From: Opitutaceae bacterium
GTDB taxonomy: Bacteria > Verrucomicrobiota > Verrucomicrobiia > Opitutales > Coraliomargaritaceae
Assembly (NCBI GenBank): GCA_051252415.1
Contig: JBPOGA010000023.1
Span: 1-60,216 of the forward strand
Direction: 5' to 3'
DNA: 60,216 nt
A program made the translations under genes and the position numbers. The notes beneath the pieces were generated by a model. It worked only from the letters and a program-made list of their open reading frames with translations, searched no databases and was not told where the DNA came from. Shown piece by piece: positions 9,855 to 20,039 of this stretch; within the stretch, counting starts at the first letter, position 1, and each line of letters starts with the position of its first letter.

Positions 9855-10745
9855 ATGAATACTCCGATTGTTTTTATCATCTATAACCGTCCTGATTTAA
9901 CGCTTCAGGTGTTTGAGATGATTCGTGCGCATCGGCCGAAATGTCTTTATGTGATTGGAGATGGGCCTAAGCCGAACTCTGCAGAAGATGCCAAGAACGT
10001 CGAACTAACTCGAGAAATCATAAAGCATGATTGGGATGGCTCAATTACACTGGATTATAGCGCTGAAAATCTTGGGTGCCAAAAACGAATTTTTTCAGGG
10101 CTAAGTTCGGTTTTTGAAAAGTATGAGCGCGCTATCATCCTTGAGGACGATTGTTTGCCACATAATGACTTTTTCGGTTTCTGTGAAGCTTACTTAGAAC
10201 TCTACGCAGATGATTCGAATGTGCGGCATATTACAGGGACTAATTTTTTAGCTGAAGGATTATTCAAGCATTCGCATGCGATGACTCAATATCCCACACC
10301 GTGGGGATGGGCTACTTGGCGGCGAGCATGGCAAGAGATGGACTTATCGATGGAATCTTTTTTGACTGATGAAGATGCTGTTCAGGAACGACTTAGGCTC
10401 TCGCGTCGTGCATGGAAGAAGCTAGTGAAGCGCTTGAAGAAAGTCCATACTGGTGAGGTGGACTCTTGGGCCTACCCTTGGTTGGCAACTTGTCTCGCAA
10501 AAAATGGATTGGTGGTAACGCCCAAACAGAATCTGGTATCTAATATTGGATTCGACAAGCGGAGCACGCATACATCAGACCCAAAGTCGTTTTTTGCGAA
10601 TAGAAGCACGAGCGCTTTTGAGTTTCCAATAGAGAAGGGGATTGATCCGAGCCTGGACTATAAAGTGAATCGTGCGCTCTTTGAGTTAATCTTCGGTGGA
10701 GGTTATCGTAAAAAAAACATCCTTAAGAAGTTACTTGGGAGATAG
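9855..10745 (+). CDS. Glycosyltransferase (nucleotide-diphospho-sugar transferase fold, GT2-like)
   Basis: Begins with the beta-strand IVFIIYNRPDL. Acidic EDDCLP (DXD-like) motif. Start taken at the internal Met (MNTPIVF). Confidence 0.6.
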   Translation: MNTPIVFIIYNRPDLTLQVFEMIRAHRPKCLYVIGDGPKPNSAEDAKNVELTREIIKHDWDGSITLDYSAENLGCQKRIFSGLSSVFEKYERAIILEDDCLPHNDFFGFCEAYLELYADDSNVRHITGTNFLAEGLFKHSHAMTQYPTPWGWATWRRAWQEMDLSMESFLTDEDAVQERLRLSRRAWKKLVKRLKKVHTGEVDSWAYPWLATCLAKNGLVVTPKQNLVSNIGFDKRSTHTSDPKSFFANRSTSAFEFPIEKGIDPSLDYKVNRALFELIFGGGYRKKNILKKLLGR

Positions 10746-11414
10746 TATTTTTGCTGGGATTGCCGTCTGTCTATTGAATAGAGATTCTGGTATCTTCAGC
10801 TGGTTCCATTTTTCAGGAAAGCGATTTTTAAAGGCGACTAGTTGAGCATGACGTGATTGCCATGAGACATAAGGACCGGACCAGCCTCGCCCCTGCTTAA
10901 CTGGGACATGTATGTATTTCAAAAAATCTTGTCTCGAATGTTGGATTAATCGGCCGAACCATCGTTCGAAAAGGCTTAGAGTCGCGGATTGGTTGATCGC
11001 TCGTATTTCAGGGTAAGTGCTATTTGCAGGTAGTGGCATAGATTTGGAGTCGAGCACCACGCCGTGGTCGCAGGTGTTCTCCATCCAGTGGAGGGTGGCG
11101 CCGCATTGATGCTTGTTGTGGATGAGTGGATACACATCGAATCCCACGCCGGGATAGGCTGGAAGCGCTGGATGTATATTAAGTGGAATGGTGATTCTGC
11201 GCAACGCGTGGGGTGGTAGGATGTAGTCGCTATAAACTGAAAATACGACATCCCAGTGTTGTTTCTCGTGCCATAATTCTTTGATCGTGTGCTTTCCCCA
11301 GCCTCGTTGCCAATAGATGACCCGTATGTCGTCGGATGTTTCATCCAGAATCGCTTCGATTCTGTCTTTTAATTGTGGGTCACAAATGACCAGTATTTTT
11401 AATGCACGATCCAT
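10731..11414 (-). CDS. Formyltransferase-family protein (Fmt/PurN-like N-terminal domain)
   Basis: Formyl-transferase core motif LNIHPALPAYPGVG. The N-terminus is Rossmann-like (KILVICD). It is the last gene of the AsnB-like operon. Confidence 0.7.
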   Translation of the reverse strand: MDRALKILVICDPQLKDRIEAILDETSDDIRVIYWQRGWGKHTIKELWHEKQHWDVVFSVYSDYILPPHALRRITIPLNIHPALPAYPGVGFDVYPLIHNKHQCGATLHWMENTCDHGVVLDSKSMPLPANSTYPEIRAINQSATLSLFERWFGRLIQHSRQDFLKYIHVPVKQGRGWSGPYVSWQSRHAQLVAFKNRFPEKWNQLKIPESLFNRQTAIPAKILSPK

Positions 11415-11439
11415 TCCTAGTTTTGGCCCATGGTCGCGC

Positions 11440-13242
11440 CTACTTTTGTCGATTCGCTAGCCAACAGATGCTGCCAATCAAGAGGCGTTGCGAATACACG
11501 CTGCGATCCACAGACTGAGTGGTTTCGTCGTCTTTATAGAAACTATCGATGTGCTTTTTGACTTTAGCTTTATTGAATACATCGGTGGCCGTTTCCAGTT
11601 GGCTAAGTGCTCGGTGCTTTGCTTCTTTCCAGCATGCGTCGCTGGTGTCTTTACTCGCTGATTTTTGTGATGAAAACTTCTTTCTAATCCGGAGACCAGA
11701 TCGCTCTAGTTTTTGTAGTTTTTTATAGTAGCGATTTCGGTTTGTATGGATGAGGGGGCGCGGCCTTGAGTTGACTGATGCGAAGGGGATCGCTGCGAGT
11801 TCTGGGCACATGGCCATGAATGTTTCGTTTTGTAATCTACGAAGTCTCATAAACTCTCCATTGATGCTTCGTATTGTTTCAGTCAGTGGCACGTCAAGTG
11901 CCGGTGAGACTGGCCAAAAATAAAATGCGTTTTTCCACATGAGTCGTCCATGGTGGGCGCGTGCTCGATAGCGAGCGATGGTATGCCAATGGCGTTCATT
12001 GGGATCTTGCGGAAAGGTGTTCCACTCGGAGCGGACTTCATTGAGCGCGGTATCAAGCGCTTCCGAGTAAGCTTTTTCATTGAGCAGGGCGGGCAATTCA
12101 TCGGGATTGATGCCGTAATGATGAATACATCGATCTTTGGAATCCTCATAAGTTCCGATCGATGCCTCTTTCTTTGCTGCACGAAATGGGGCATAGGTGA
12201 CATCTAAGTATAGCCCCGTTAGGCAGCGTGTGCCGCGAAGTGCTGATACGTGGTTCCATGAGTGCGATAGACCATTGAATCCTCCGCCGAGTGAAAATAG
12301 GTCTAACTCATCATCCAAGAGCTGCTGCGGAGATTCAGAAAAGTTACCCGAACATTCCCATGTGAGGTTCAGTTTTCGAGCGACCTTTCTAGCGTGAATA
12401 CTTTCATAGGATTCGCGGTTACCTAGTGTGACACATTTAGGACGCTGTTTCAGTTGCTGAGCGATGCTTAAAGTTTGGCGTGAGTCAAGCCCTCCAGAGA
12501 GCAGGCACGTGTCCACTGCCCGCCGAGTGTGACGTTTGACTGCTTTGTTTGTCGCTTCAATGGAGAGTTGTATAGCGTCATCGAAACTGTGTATACTTTT
12601 GACTGCGTTTTGTCCCGGGAAAAAGTGTTGTTCTACGTGAAGTCGATTCGATTTCGGTTCGTAACAAATTGATTCTGCGATGTTTAATCGGCTGCCTGTT
12701 ATTTCTACGGTCCGGTGACTGGCACAGCCGTTTTCTAGGATATGGCGACAGAACCCAACTGGATCGATAGACTGGTCATATTCAGGATGTGCATGGAGGG
12801 CCTTCAGTGAGGTGGCGACGCTTAAGGAACTTTTTCCATGGAAATAGTAGATTGGGAATAGGCCAAATGGATCGCTCCCAATATGAACCGATTCATCATC
12901 AAGAACGACGATCCACGCAAAGAAGCCACTGTAGCGTGATAGCTTTGCCGCCGTGGCTTCAACGTCTTGAGTCAGCATGTTGTAAAGTCTTTCGGCGCTG
13001 AGATAGTCGTCCATGTCGTCGGCTATGGCTTCACCGATGAGCAGCGCAAATCCATTTTGACTCGATTGGTATTCCTCGACGGGAGCATGGGTGGCGCAAT
13101 GCCACATTAATTTGCTGTTACGGCTTTCAACTTTTCCTCTGACGCCTTCAAAGCCTTTCGGGACGATGCACTCAGCACCATTACGGATCAGTAGACCAGT
13201 ATTCGCTTCGTTAGTGTTTGAGTGAAAAATGAAACTAGGCAT
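11440..13242 (-). CDS. Asparagine-synthetase-like adenylating enzyme, paralogue 1: PP-loop intact, N-terminal Cys nucleophile absent
   Basis: SGGLDS PP-loop (CLLSGGLDSRQTL). The N-terminal domain is homologous to the AsnB glutaminase domain (FFAWIVVLDDESVHIGSDPFGLFPIYYF) but begins MPSF..., with no Cys2. Confidence 0.85.
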   Translation of the reverse strand: MPSFIFHSNTNEANTGLLIRNGAECIVPKGFEGVRGKVESRNSKLMWHCATHAPVEEYQSSQNGFALLIGEAIADDMDDYLSAERLYNMLTQDVEATAAKLSRYSGFFAWIVVLDDESVHIGSDPFGLFPIYYFHGKSSLSVATSLKALHAHPEYDQSIDPVGFCRHILENGCASHRTVEITGSRLNIAESICYEPKSNRLHVEQHFFPGQNAVKSIHSFDDAIQLSIEATNKAVKRHTRRAVDTCLLSGGLDSRQTLSIAQQLKQRPKCVTLGNRESYESIHARKVARKLNLTWECSGNFSESPQQLLDDELDLFSLGGGFNGLSHSWNHVSALRGTRCLTGLYLDVTYAPFRAAKKEASIGTYEDSKDRCIHHYGINPDELPALLNEKAYSEALDTALNEVRSEWNTFPQDPNERHWHTIARYRARAHHGRLMWKNAFYFWPVSPALDVPLTETIRSINGEFMRLRRLQNETFMAMCPELAAIPFASVNSRPRPLIHTNRNRYYKKLQKLERSGLRIRKKFSSQKSASKDTSDACWKEAKHRALSQLETATDVFNKAKVKKHIDSFYKDDETTQSVDRSVYSQRLLIGSICWLANRQK

Positions 13243-13272
13243 ATGAGGTCGGAGGATTCCGTGTATGTATAG

Positions 13273-15069
13273 TTATTGGTTTGCGAGCCAACAGATGCTA
13301 CCAATGAGAAGCCTTTGGGAGTAGAGTTCACGGTTGATAGATCGAGAGGCGCGATCGCCTTTTTGGAAGCCATCGATGATCTTTTTTACTTTATCGATAT
13401 CATATATATCGGCTGCAGCATCTATATTTTTAAGTGCGTATTGCTTTGCTATATGCCAGCATGCGATGCTGGTGTTTCCGGGCTGTTTGTTGCTCTTTAA
13501 GTATTTTTTATTGAACCGGTAGAGACGTCTTTCGAACTTTTGTAATTTCGTAGCGTATTTGCTTCGTCTGGTTTGGATAAGTGGTTTGGGACGTCCTTCC
13601 ATAGATGCAAATGGAATTGTCGCTAGGTCTGGTCGTATTGCTATGAATGTTTCGTTCTGCAACTTTCTCGCTTGCATGAATCCTCCGTCGATACAGCGGA
13701 TGCTTTCGGTCAATGGCACATCCAGAGCTGGTATAATCGATTGAAAGTAGAATGCGTTTTTCCATGCAAGTCTTGCCACGTGAGAGCGCGCCCGGAAACG
13801 TGCAATTGTATGCCAGTGCCGTTCGTTGGGGTCTTCTGGGAATTGATTCCATTCACGACGCACTGTAGACAAAGCAGTTTCTAAGGATTCAGTTAATGGT
13901 TTTGTTTTCAATAGACCGTTCAATGAGTCTGGTAAGATTCCAAAATTATGAATGCAACGGTCTTTGGAGTCTTCGTAGCTCCCTGCGACTGTATTTGCTT
14001 CGGCCTTACGAAAGGGCGCATAAGTGACATCTAAGTAGAGTCCAGTGAGACATCGTGTGTTTTGAAGTGCTTTTATGTGTCCCCATGATTGTGACAAGCC
14101 GTTGAAACCTCCACCTAGTGAATACAAGTTAATTTCATCTTCCAGTAAGTTCTGTGAGGATTCGTAGAAACTTCCAGTGCATTGCCAGGGGAGTTGCAGT
14201 CTTCGTGCTACTTTTCTTGCGTTGATACATTCATAGCTGTCCCGATCGCCTACAGTGACGCAGTGCGGACGATAATCCAGTTTATGGGCAACACTTAAGA
14301 CATGGCGTGAATCTAGGCCTCCAGAAAGTAGGCAGGTGTCCACTCCATCTTTTGTGTGGCGCTTAACTGCTTTGCTTATCGCATCTGTAGATAGCTCTAT
14401 TGCTTCTTCGAAATTGTGGATGCGTTTGACTGCTTGTTCCCCTGGGAATTTGTGTTGTATTGTATCAATTGTATGAGTGGTCGGGGAGTAGTGAATCGAC
14501 TCTGCGATGTTTAATCGCTCTCCTGACTTTTCTAATGTGTGGGCTCCAGAGCAGCCGTTTTCGAGTAGGTAGCGGCAGAAGCCAACGGGATCTATAGATC
14601 TGTTGTATTCGGGATCTTTGTGTAGCGCTTTGAGTGATGTGGCGATGCTTAGCGAGTGTTTACTTTGGAAGTAATAGATCGGGAAAAATCCGAAGGGATC
14701 ACTGCCAATGTGAACCGATTCATCTTCAAGAACGACGATCCACGCAAAGAAGCCACTGAACTTAGAAAGTGTAGTAGCGGCATGGCTCTTATGTTGCGCT
14801 ACCATGTTGAAGAGAGTCTGCGCGCTCAGGTAATCATTAGAATCTGCATTAATAGCGTCGCCGATAAGCACTGCAAAGCCATGACCAGTTGACTGGTATA
14901 ATTCAAATGGAGTGTGGGCTCCAAGATGCCATCTCAAATTGCTGTTACGGCTTTCAACTTCCCCTCTGACGCCTTCAAAGTCTTTCGGGACGATGCATTC
15001 CGCACCATTACGGATCAGTAGATCAGCAGACGCTTCGTTAGTGTTTGAGTGGAAAATGAAACTAGGCAT
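13273..15069 (-). CDS. Asparagine-synthetase-like adenylating enzyme, paralogue 2
   Basis: N-terminus MPSFIFHSNTNEA is shared with paralogue 1. PP-loop CLLSGGLDSRHVL. The junction and RBS region are conserved with the neighbours. Confidence 0.85.
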   Translation of the reverse strand: MPSFIFHSNTNEASADLLIRNGAECIVPKDFEGVRGEVESRNSNLRWHLGAHTPFELYQSTGHGFAVLIGDAINADSNDYLSAQTLFNMVAQHKSHAATTLSKFSGFFAWIVVLEDESVHIGSDPFGFFPIYYFQSKHSLSIATSLKALHKDPEYNRSIDPVGFCRYLLENGCSGAHTLEKSGERLNIAESIHYSPTTHTIDTIQHKFPGEQAVKRIHNFEEAIELSTDAISKAVKRHTKDGVDTCLLSGGLDSRHVLSVAHKLDYRPHCVTVGDRDSYECINARKVARRLQLPWQCTGSFYESSQNLLEDEINLYSLGGGFNGLSQSWGHIKALQNTRCLTGLYLDVTYAPFRKAEANTVAGSYEDSKDRCIHNFGILPDSLNGLLKTKPLTESLETALSTVRREWNQFPEDPNERHWHTIARFRARSHVARLAWKNAFYFQSIIPALDVPLTESIRCIDGGFMQARKLQNETFIAIRPDLATIPFASMEGRPKPLIQTRRSKYATKLQKFERRLYRFNKKYLKSNKQPGNTSIACWHIAKQYALKNIDAAADIYDIDKVKKIIDGFQKGDRASRSINRELYSQRLLIGSICWLANQ

Positions 15070-15099
15070 ATGTGATTGGAGGATACCTTGTATGAATGG

Positions 15100-16890
15100 T
15101 TATTGGTTCGCTAGCCAATTAATGCCTGCGGAAAGAAGTCGTTGGCTGTATCTTTCTCGGTTTGATAAACCATCTTGTTTCTTGTCATTTGGATGGAAAA
15201 GAACCGTTTTTACTTTGTCGATATCGAAAATATTGGCGACTGTATCGAGTTGTTCGAATGCTCCTAATTGTGCGATTTTCCAACAATGAGTTCGAGAATT
15301 CTCTGCCTCCGATTTCGGCTTTAAATACGTCCTCTTGAATCTCGCGAAACGTCGTTCTAAGCGCTCCATTTTTTTGTAATATGGGGCAAGTTTTGTCGGT
15401 CTCAATGGGCGCGGTTTGGCACTTACGGATACCAGTGGAATTGCGGCTAATTCAGGGTCTAGAGCGATGAATGTTTGATTCTGTAGCTTACGATGGAACA
15501 TCAACTGCCCGTCGACGCTTCGAATTGCCTCAGTGAGTGGCACATCTAGTGCAGGGATCACGGGCCAGTTGTAAAACGCATTTTTCCATGTGATACCACC
15601 ATGATGAGCGCGTGCGCGGTAGCGGGCGATGGTTTGCCAGTGGCGTTCGATGGGATTTTCTGACAGCGCTTCCCATTCCGAGCGAACTTCCTCGATTGCT
15701 GCTTGAAAGCCATCTTTGTATGTGTCGGCAGTTAATATATCCTCTAAAACACTGGGAATTACACCGTAGCCGTGGATCCAGTAATCTTGTGCGAATTGAT
15801 AACTGCCAAATGACGGATCTTTGTCTACTGGGTCATTCGGGGCATAAGTTATATCCAAAAGGAGTCCGGTTAAGTAGCGGCTACATCGTATGGTTTCAAC
15901 CTCTTCCCATGACATCGGTGTGCTGTTAAAGCCGCCGCCGAGTGATAGGGTATTCATCTCGTCGTCCAGTAATTTTTGAGGCGGCACCGTGTTGTTTAAG
16001 ATGCACTCCCACGGTAGGCCGAGCTTTCGTGCGACTCGTCGTGCATTGATCGTTTCGTAAGTGTGGCGAATTCCTGTAGTCAGGCATATGGGGCGGTGCC
16101 CAAGCCTATGTGCGATGCTTAAAACGTGTCGCGAGTCGAGTCCGCCCGATAGCATGCAGGTGTCTATCGAGCGTTGTGTGTGGCGCTCAACTGCTTTGAT
16201 AGATGAATCAGCGGAAAGCTGAATGGCCTCGTTTGAATCATATACGGTTTTTTTAACGTTTTCACCAGGTAATGGATGCTGCGAATTTCTTAGTTTTCCT
16301 GACTTTGGATCGTAGCAAATGGATTCTGCGATGTTTAAGCGCTTTCCGGACTTTTCTAATGTCCGGTGACTTGAGCAGCCGTTTTCTAGAATGTAGCGAC
16401 AGAATCCAGCGGGATCCACAGACTTATCGTATTCGGGGTGTGCATGCAGGGCATTCAGTGAGGTGGCGATACCAAGTGAGTGCTTTCCATGAAAGTAATA
16501 AACTGGGAAAAACCCAAAAGGATCGCTCCCGCAGTAAACTGTTTCGTCATCTAGGATGACTATCCATGCAAAGAATCCGCTGAAGCGCGATAGTCTGACG
16601 GCAGAGTTGTTTTTGAGTCTAGACACCATTTCAAAGAGTTCGGAAGCAGTCAGGTAGTTGTCGGTGTCTTCAGCAATGGCTTCGCCAATGAGAAAAGCGT
16701 ATCCGTTATCATTAGATTTGTAGTGCTCAACAGGTGCGTGAGTGCCGTTACGCCATTTTAGATGGCTACATGCACTACGTAGTTCTCCGCGATTGCCCTC
16801 AAATCCGTCGGGCACAATGCACTGTGCATTGGCTCCTAGACTCTGGATTTCGTTTTTATCTCTACTTGTAAAAAAAGTGAAACTGGGCAT
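15100..16890 (-). CDS. Asparagine-synthetase-like adenylating enzyme, paralogue 3
   Basis: MPSFTFFTSRD...; PP-loop CMLSGGLDSRHVL; C-terminus ...RLLSAGINWLANQ, conserved with paralogues 1 and 2. Confidence 0.85.
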   Translation of the reverse strand: MPSFTFFTSRDKNEIQSLGANAQCIVPDGFEGNRGELRSACSHLKWRNGTHAPVEHYKSNDNGYAFLIGEAIAEDTDNYLTASELFEMVSRLKNNSAVRLSRFSGFFAWIVILDDETVYCGSDPFGFFPVYYFHGKHSLGIATSLNALHAHPEYDKSVDPAGFCRYILENGCSSHRTLEKSGKRLNIAESICYDPKSGKLRNSQHPLPGENVKKTVYDSNEAIQLSADSSIKAVERHTQRSIDTCMLSGGLDSRHVLSIAHRLGHRPICLTTGIRHTYETINARRVARKLGLPWECILNNTVPPQKLLDDEMNTLSLGGGFNSTPMSWEEVETIRCSRYLTGLLLDITYAPNDPVDKDPSFGSYQFAQDYWIHGYGVIPSVLEDILTADTYKDGFQAAIEEVRSEWEALSENPIERHWQTIARYRARAHHGGITWKNAFYNWPVIPALDVPLTEAIRSVDGQLMFHRKLQNQTFIALDPELAAIPLVSVSAKPRPLRPTKLAPYYKKMERLERRFARFKRTYLKPKSEAENSRTHCWKIAQLGAFEQLDTVANIFDIDKVKTVLFHPNDKKQDGLSNRERYSQRLLSAGINWLANQ

Positions 16891-16942
16891 GCGTGAGTAT
16901 TATAAGAATTGATCTACTCGGTAAAGCCCACTTACTTTTTTT

Positions 16943-18220
16943 ATGCAAAAAACACAGACTGGAATTTCTGTAGTCGATGGCTTCAAACTAATGGATGAGC
17001 GCTTCAATCAATTGAGCGGTGCGTCGAGCGGATTTGAGGCGTTAATTGGTAGCCAGTCTTATGCGTTGGATGACGCTGAACTTTCGGCAGCTGAATCGAG
17101 GTATGAGACTATTAAAGAGTTTCAGGTGTCTGCTATGAAACTGTTTAGGGCCAGCTTAGTCGGAGATGCGGATGCATCGATTGCTCAAGGCATCCTCTCA
17201 GACGTGCCGGAGAGTTACGGTTGGGAGTATCATAAGCATCTGCCCGATGCGGTTTGGAAGACACCGGTTTACTTTCGTACAGATGAAGCTCGGCTAGGCA
17301 AGTTGACCGAAGTTCAATGTTCTGGGTCTGGTTGGGATCTGGTCGAGACACTACGTGATTTCTATGGCGCATGTCCCCAGCACTATGGCGAACCTCAGCG
17401 CTTCAAACGTTCATTGGCTGACTTGTTTCAAGAGGCGACGAAGAACTATGTTGGGGCTCAGCCAGTGGTGCACCATTTGGCAGATAATGCGTCACGTCCA
17501 CACGGAGCGCGTTTCTTTATACAGAAAGTGCGTGAGCAGGGTGGCACGTTTTTCTCTTATGATGGCGGCGTGCGCCATTCGGATTGTAACTTTATCCGTA
17601 GCCACGATTGCTACAGTCTTTACCATCACAACTTCTTTGCCGACAGATTAGAGAGGTCCGAGCACGGCGAATGCTTCTTCGATTTGCCGCCGATTGCTTT
17701 GTATGATACAAAACTAATTATGGCATGGCCTTTCTGGAGCCGCACACGTGAGCATTTCTCCGATGAGGTGCGTGAGTTGTTCCCCTTTACCGCATTGATC
17801 GAAGCGGACGGAGTCGAGCTAGCTGATGGTAGGAAGGCCGATATTCAAACGATCATAGACATCGGAAATAATCAGCGGAATTACTTTGTTAAATATGCGG
17901 GCACCGATGTGGCGCGCAATTGGGGGAGTCGTGCCGTCTTCTCGTTGAGAGGCCTCAGTCGTGGGAAGTGTGAGGAGTTGTTGCGCACGATCACAGATGA
18001 AACGAGCAAAGGCCAACCATGGGTGCTTCAAGAGTCAGTGCACGAAAAGCAATCCGTCACCTTCTGGGAGCCAGGGACCGAAGAAGAGGGCTCCATGCAG
18101 GGCAACGGGAAGTGGAGCAGTTTCTATGGTCCTGAAGGGCTTATGGCGATGTTAGTCATGCACCTCGGCTCTCATAAAGTTCATGGTAGCGATAAGACTG
18201 TCATGAGCATTGTCTACTAA
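16943..18220 (+). CDS. Hypothetical protein of 425 aa, divergently transcribed from the AsnB-like operon; possible amidoligase partner
   Basis: Long ORF with a plausible start in the divergent promoter region and no confidently recognised motifs. A weak ATP-grasp-like C-terminal element (KGQPWVLQESV) is speculative. Confidence 0.45.
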   Translation: MQKTQTGISVVDGFKLMDERFNQLSGASSGFEALIGSQSYALDDAELSAAESRYETIKEFQVSAMKLFRASLVGDADASIAQGILSDVPESYGWEYHKHLPDAVWKTPVYFRTDEARLGKLTEVQCSGSGWDLVETLRDFYGACPQHYGEPQRFKRSLADLFQEATKNYVGAQPVVHHLADNASRPHGARFFIQKVREQGGTFFSYDGGVRHSDCNFIRSHDCYSLYHHNFFADRLERSEHGECFFDLPPIALYDTKLIMAWPFWSRTREHFSDEVRELFPFTALIEADGVELADGRKADIQTIIDIGNNQRNYFVKYAGTDVARNWGSRAVFSLRGLSRGKCEELLRTITDETSKGQPWVLQESVHEKQSVTFWEPGTEEEGSMQGNGKWSSFYGPEGLMAMLVMHLGSHKVHGSDKTVMSIVY

Positions 18221-18231
18221 GTGATTCTGGT

Positions 18232-19089
18232 ATGACTGAGATGACCCTACCTAGCGATACAAAGCTCCATATTCTCACTGCAGACGCTAGACAGTATCGA
18301 GAGTGCCATTTGCTGCATAAGCTCGCGGCGAATTGGGCCCAGCAGGGTGCGCAAATATCAACCGGGCCGTTGAATGAAATTCCGGAGGATTTGTCCGCGG
18401 TGATTTGTCATTGGGATAATACGAAGGTAGATCCGGCACTGTTTCCGGAGAATCCACATAACATCCCGCTTCTTAACGATCGTATACTCGATATTTCAAA
18501 GCGTTCGTTTTCATCATTTATCCTTACTCGGGATGATGTCTGGGAAGGCCCAGTAATTGTGAAGACCAATTTTAATTGCTTTGGTCAAGCAGAGCAGAAG
18601 AAAAAGAGGCGAACATGTATCCAGCGCCTTCAACGAAGGCTCTCGAAGCGAAATTGGAAGATGGCTCGATGCTTACCTCCATATAATTATCCGGTCTTGG
18701 ACGATAAATCAGAAGTGCCTAGCTGGGTGTGGGCGAATCCTAATTTGGTAGTTGAAAAGTTTTTGCCCGAACAAGAAGGGGAGCTTTATTGCATCCGGTT
18801 TTGGGTGTTCTTCGGCGAGCAAAGTTATTCCTACCGTTTGTGCTCGAATGAGCCAGTGGTGAAGAATCGAGAAGATGCTGTTCGCTTTGAATTCTTAGAG
18901 GCGGCCCCTCCGGAAGAGCTCGTGCGTTTTAGAGAAGCGCGTGGGCTTGATTTTGGAAAGATTGATTACGTGGAACATGAAGGGAAGGTTGTCGCGTTTG
19001 ATATCAATAAAACACCAACAGTAGCTTCTGATGCAGATGCGCCACATCTCCAGAAGCTAGCAGTCGGCATCGTTGATTTTCTTAAATGA
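18232..19089 (+). CDS. ATP-grasp-fold-like protein (putative carboxylate-amine ligase)
   Basis: Motif order typical of ATP-grasp enzymes: GPVIVKTNFNCFGQ (Lys/Gly-rich loop), LVVEKFLPEQEGELY, DYVEHEGKVVAFDINKTP (Mg-binding E/N region). Its start is 12 bp after the upstream gene. Confidence 0.5.
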   Translation: MTEMTLPSDTKLHILTADARQYRECHLLHKLAANWAQQGAQISTGPLNEIPEDLSAVICHWDNTKVDPALFPENPHNIPLLNDRILDISKRSFSSFILTRDDVWEGPVIVKTNFNCFGQAEQKKKRRTCIQRLQRRLSKRNWKMARCLPPYNYPVLDDKSEVPSWVWANPNLVVEKFLPEQEGELYCIRFWVFFGEQSYSYRLCSNEPVVKNREDAVRFEFLEAAPPEELVRFREARGLDFGKIDYVEHEGKVVAFDINKTPTVASDADAPHLQKLAVGIVDFLK

Positions 19090-19224
19090 TCGATCAAGGT
19101 TCGATGTGAGTCGCTATATAGAAAATGTGCCCGATTTTCTTTATGACGGTGATGCTGTGATATGAATTTTTAGATTATTTCAAACTTGTTTGCCGCGCGT
19201 GCTTTCATCGCTTTAACGTTGTGG

Positions 19225-20013
19225 ATGCTCACACTTCTTTCTCCTGCTAAGTCACTCGACTATCAATCACCGCTCCTGATCGGGCGGTCTACTCAGCCTC
19301 GTATGAAAGCAGACACCGCTGCGCTCATCGATCAGGTCAAAGACTTGTCCGCTCAAGAAATTGGAGGACTAATGAGCATCAGCAAAAAGCTGGCTTCGCT
19401 GAACCATGAGCGCTTTCAAAGTTTTGCTCCGTCCTTCACTAAGAAGAATAGCCGCCAAGCCATTTTAGCATTTGTTGGCGATGTTTACCAAGGCATGACG
19501 CTTGCCGACTGGTCGGCAGACGATTTTGCCGTGGCTCAAGATAAAGTGCGCATTTTGTCTGGTCTCTATGGTGTGCTCCGTCCACTCGACATGATACAAC
19601 CGTATCGCCTCGAAATGGGCACCGGATTCAAGAACGACCGAGGTAAAAACCTCTATCAATTCTGGGGCGACCGTATCACCGAATTGCTCAACGCCGATCT
19701 CAAAAAGTCGAAGTCCGATGTGGTGGTGAACTTGGCATCGAACGAATATTTTTCAGCCGTCAACACGTCCAAGCTCAACGGCACGTTAATCAGCCCAGTA
19801 TTCAAAGACGAAAAGAACGGGAAATATAAAATTATCTCATTCTACGCAAAAAAGGCCCGCGGGATGATGGCAGATTTCGTAGTGAAGAACGATTTAAAGC
19901 AAGCCAGCGAATTGCTGAAGTTCACCACAGGCGGCTACGCCTATGACCCTGACAGCTCGACCGAAGAAAAACCAGTCTTCCTCAGGTCAGAGGCTGCGGT
20001 CAGCTCCATATAA
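19225..20013 (+). CDS. yaaA: Peroxide stress protein YaaA (UPF0246/DUF328)
   Basis: N-terminus MLTLLSPAKSLDYQSPL matches the YaaA signature. Start chosen at the internal Met rather than the ORF-track start 19186. Confidence 0.85.
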   Translation: MLTLLSPAKSLDYQSPLLIGRSTQPRMKADTAALIDQVKDLSAQEIGGLMSISKKLASLNHERFQSFAPSFTKKNSRQAILAFVGDVYQGMTLADWSADDFAVAQDKVRILSGLYGVLRPLDMIQPYRLEMGTGFKNDRGKNLYQFWGDRITELLNADLKKSKSDVVVNLASNEYFSAVNTSKLNGTLISPVFKDEKNGKYKIISFYAKKARGMMADFVVKNDLKQASELLKFTTGGYAYDPDSSTEEKPVFLRSEAAVSSI

Positions 20014-20039
20014 ACTGAATCGATTATTCCGGCTCATAC

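Noticed and set aside
13188-13373. 61-aa ORF between AsnB-like paralogues, considered as a candidate RiPP precursor peptide
   Set aside because: It overlaps the stop of one paralogue and the start of the next in another frame and is not conserved at the equivalent paralogue junction.
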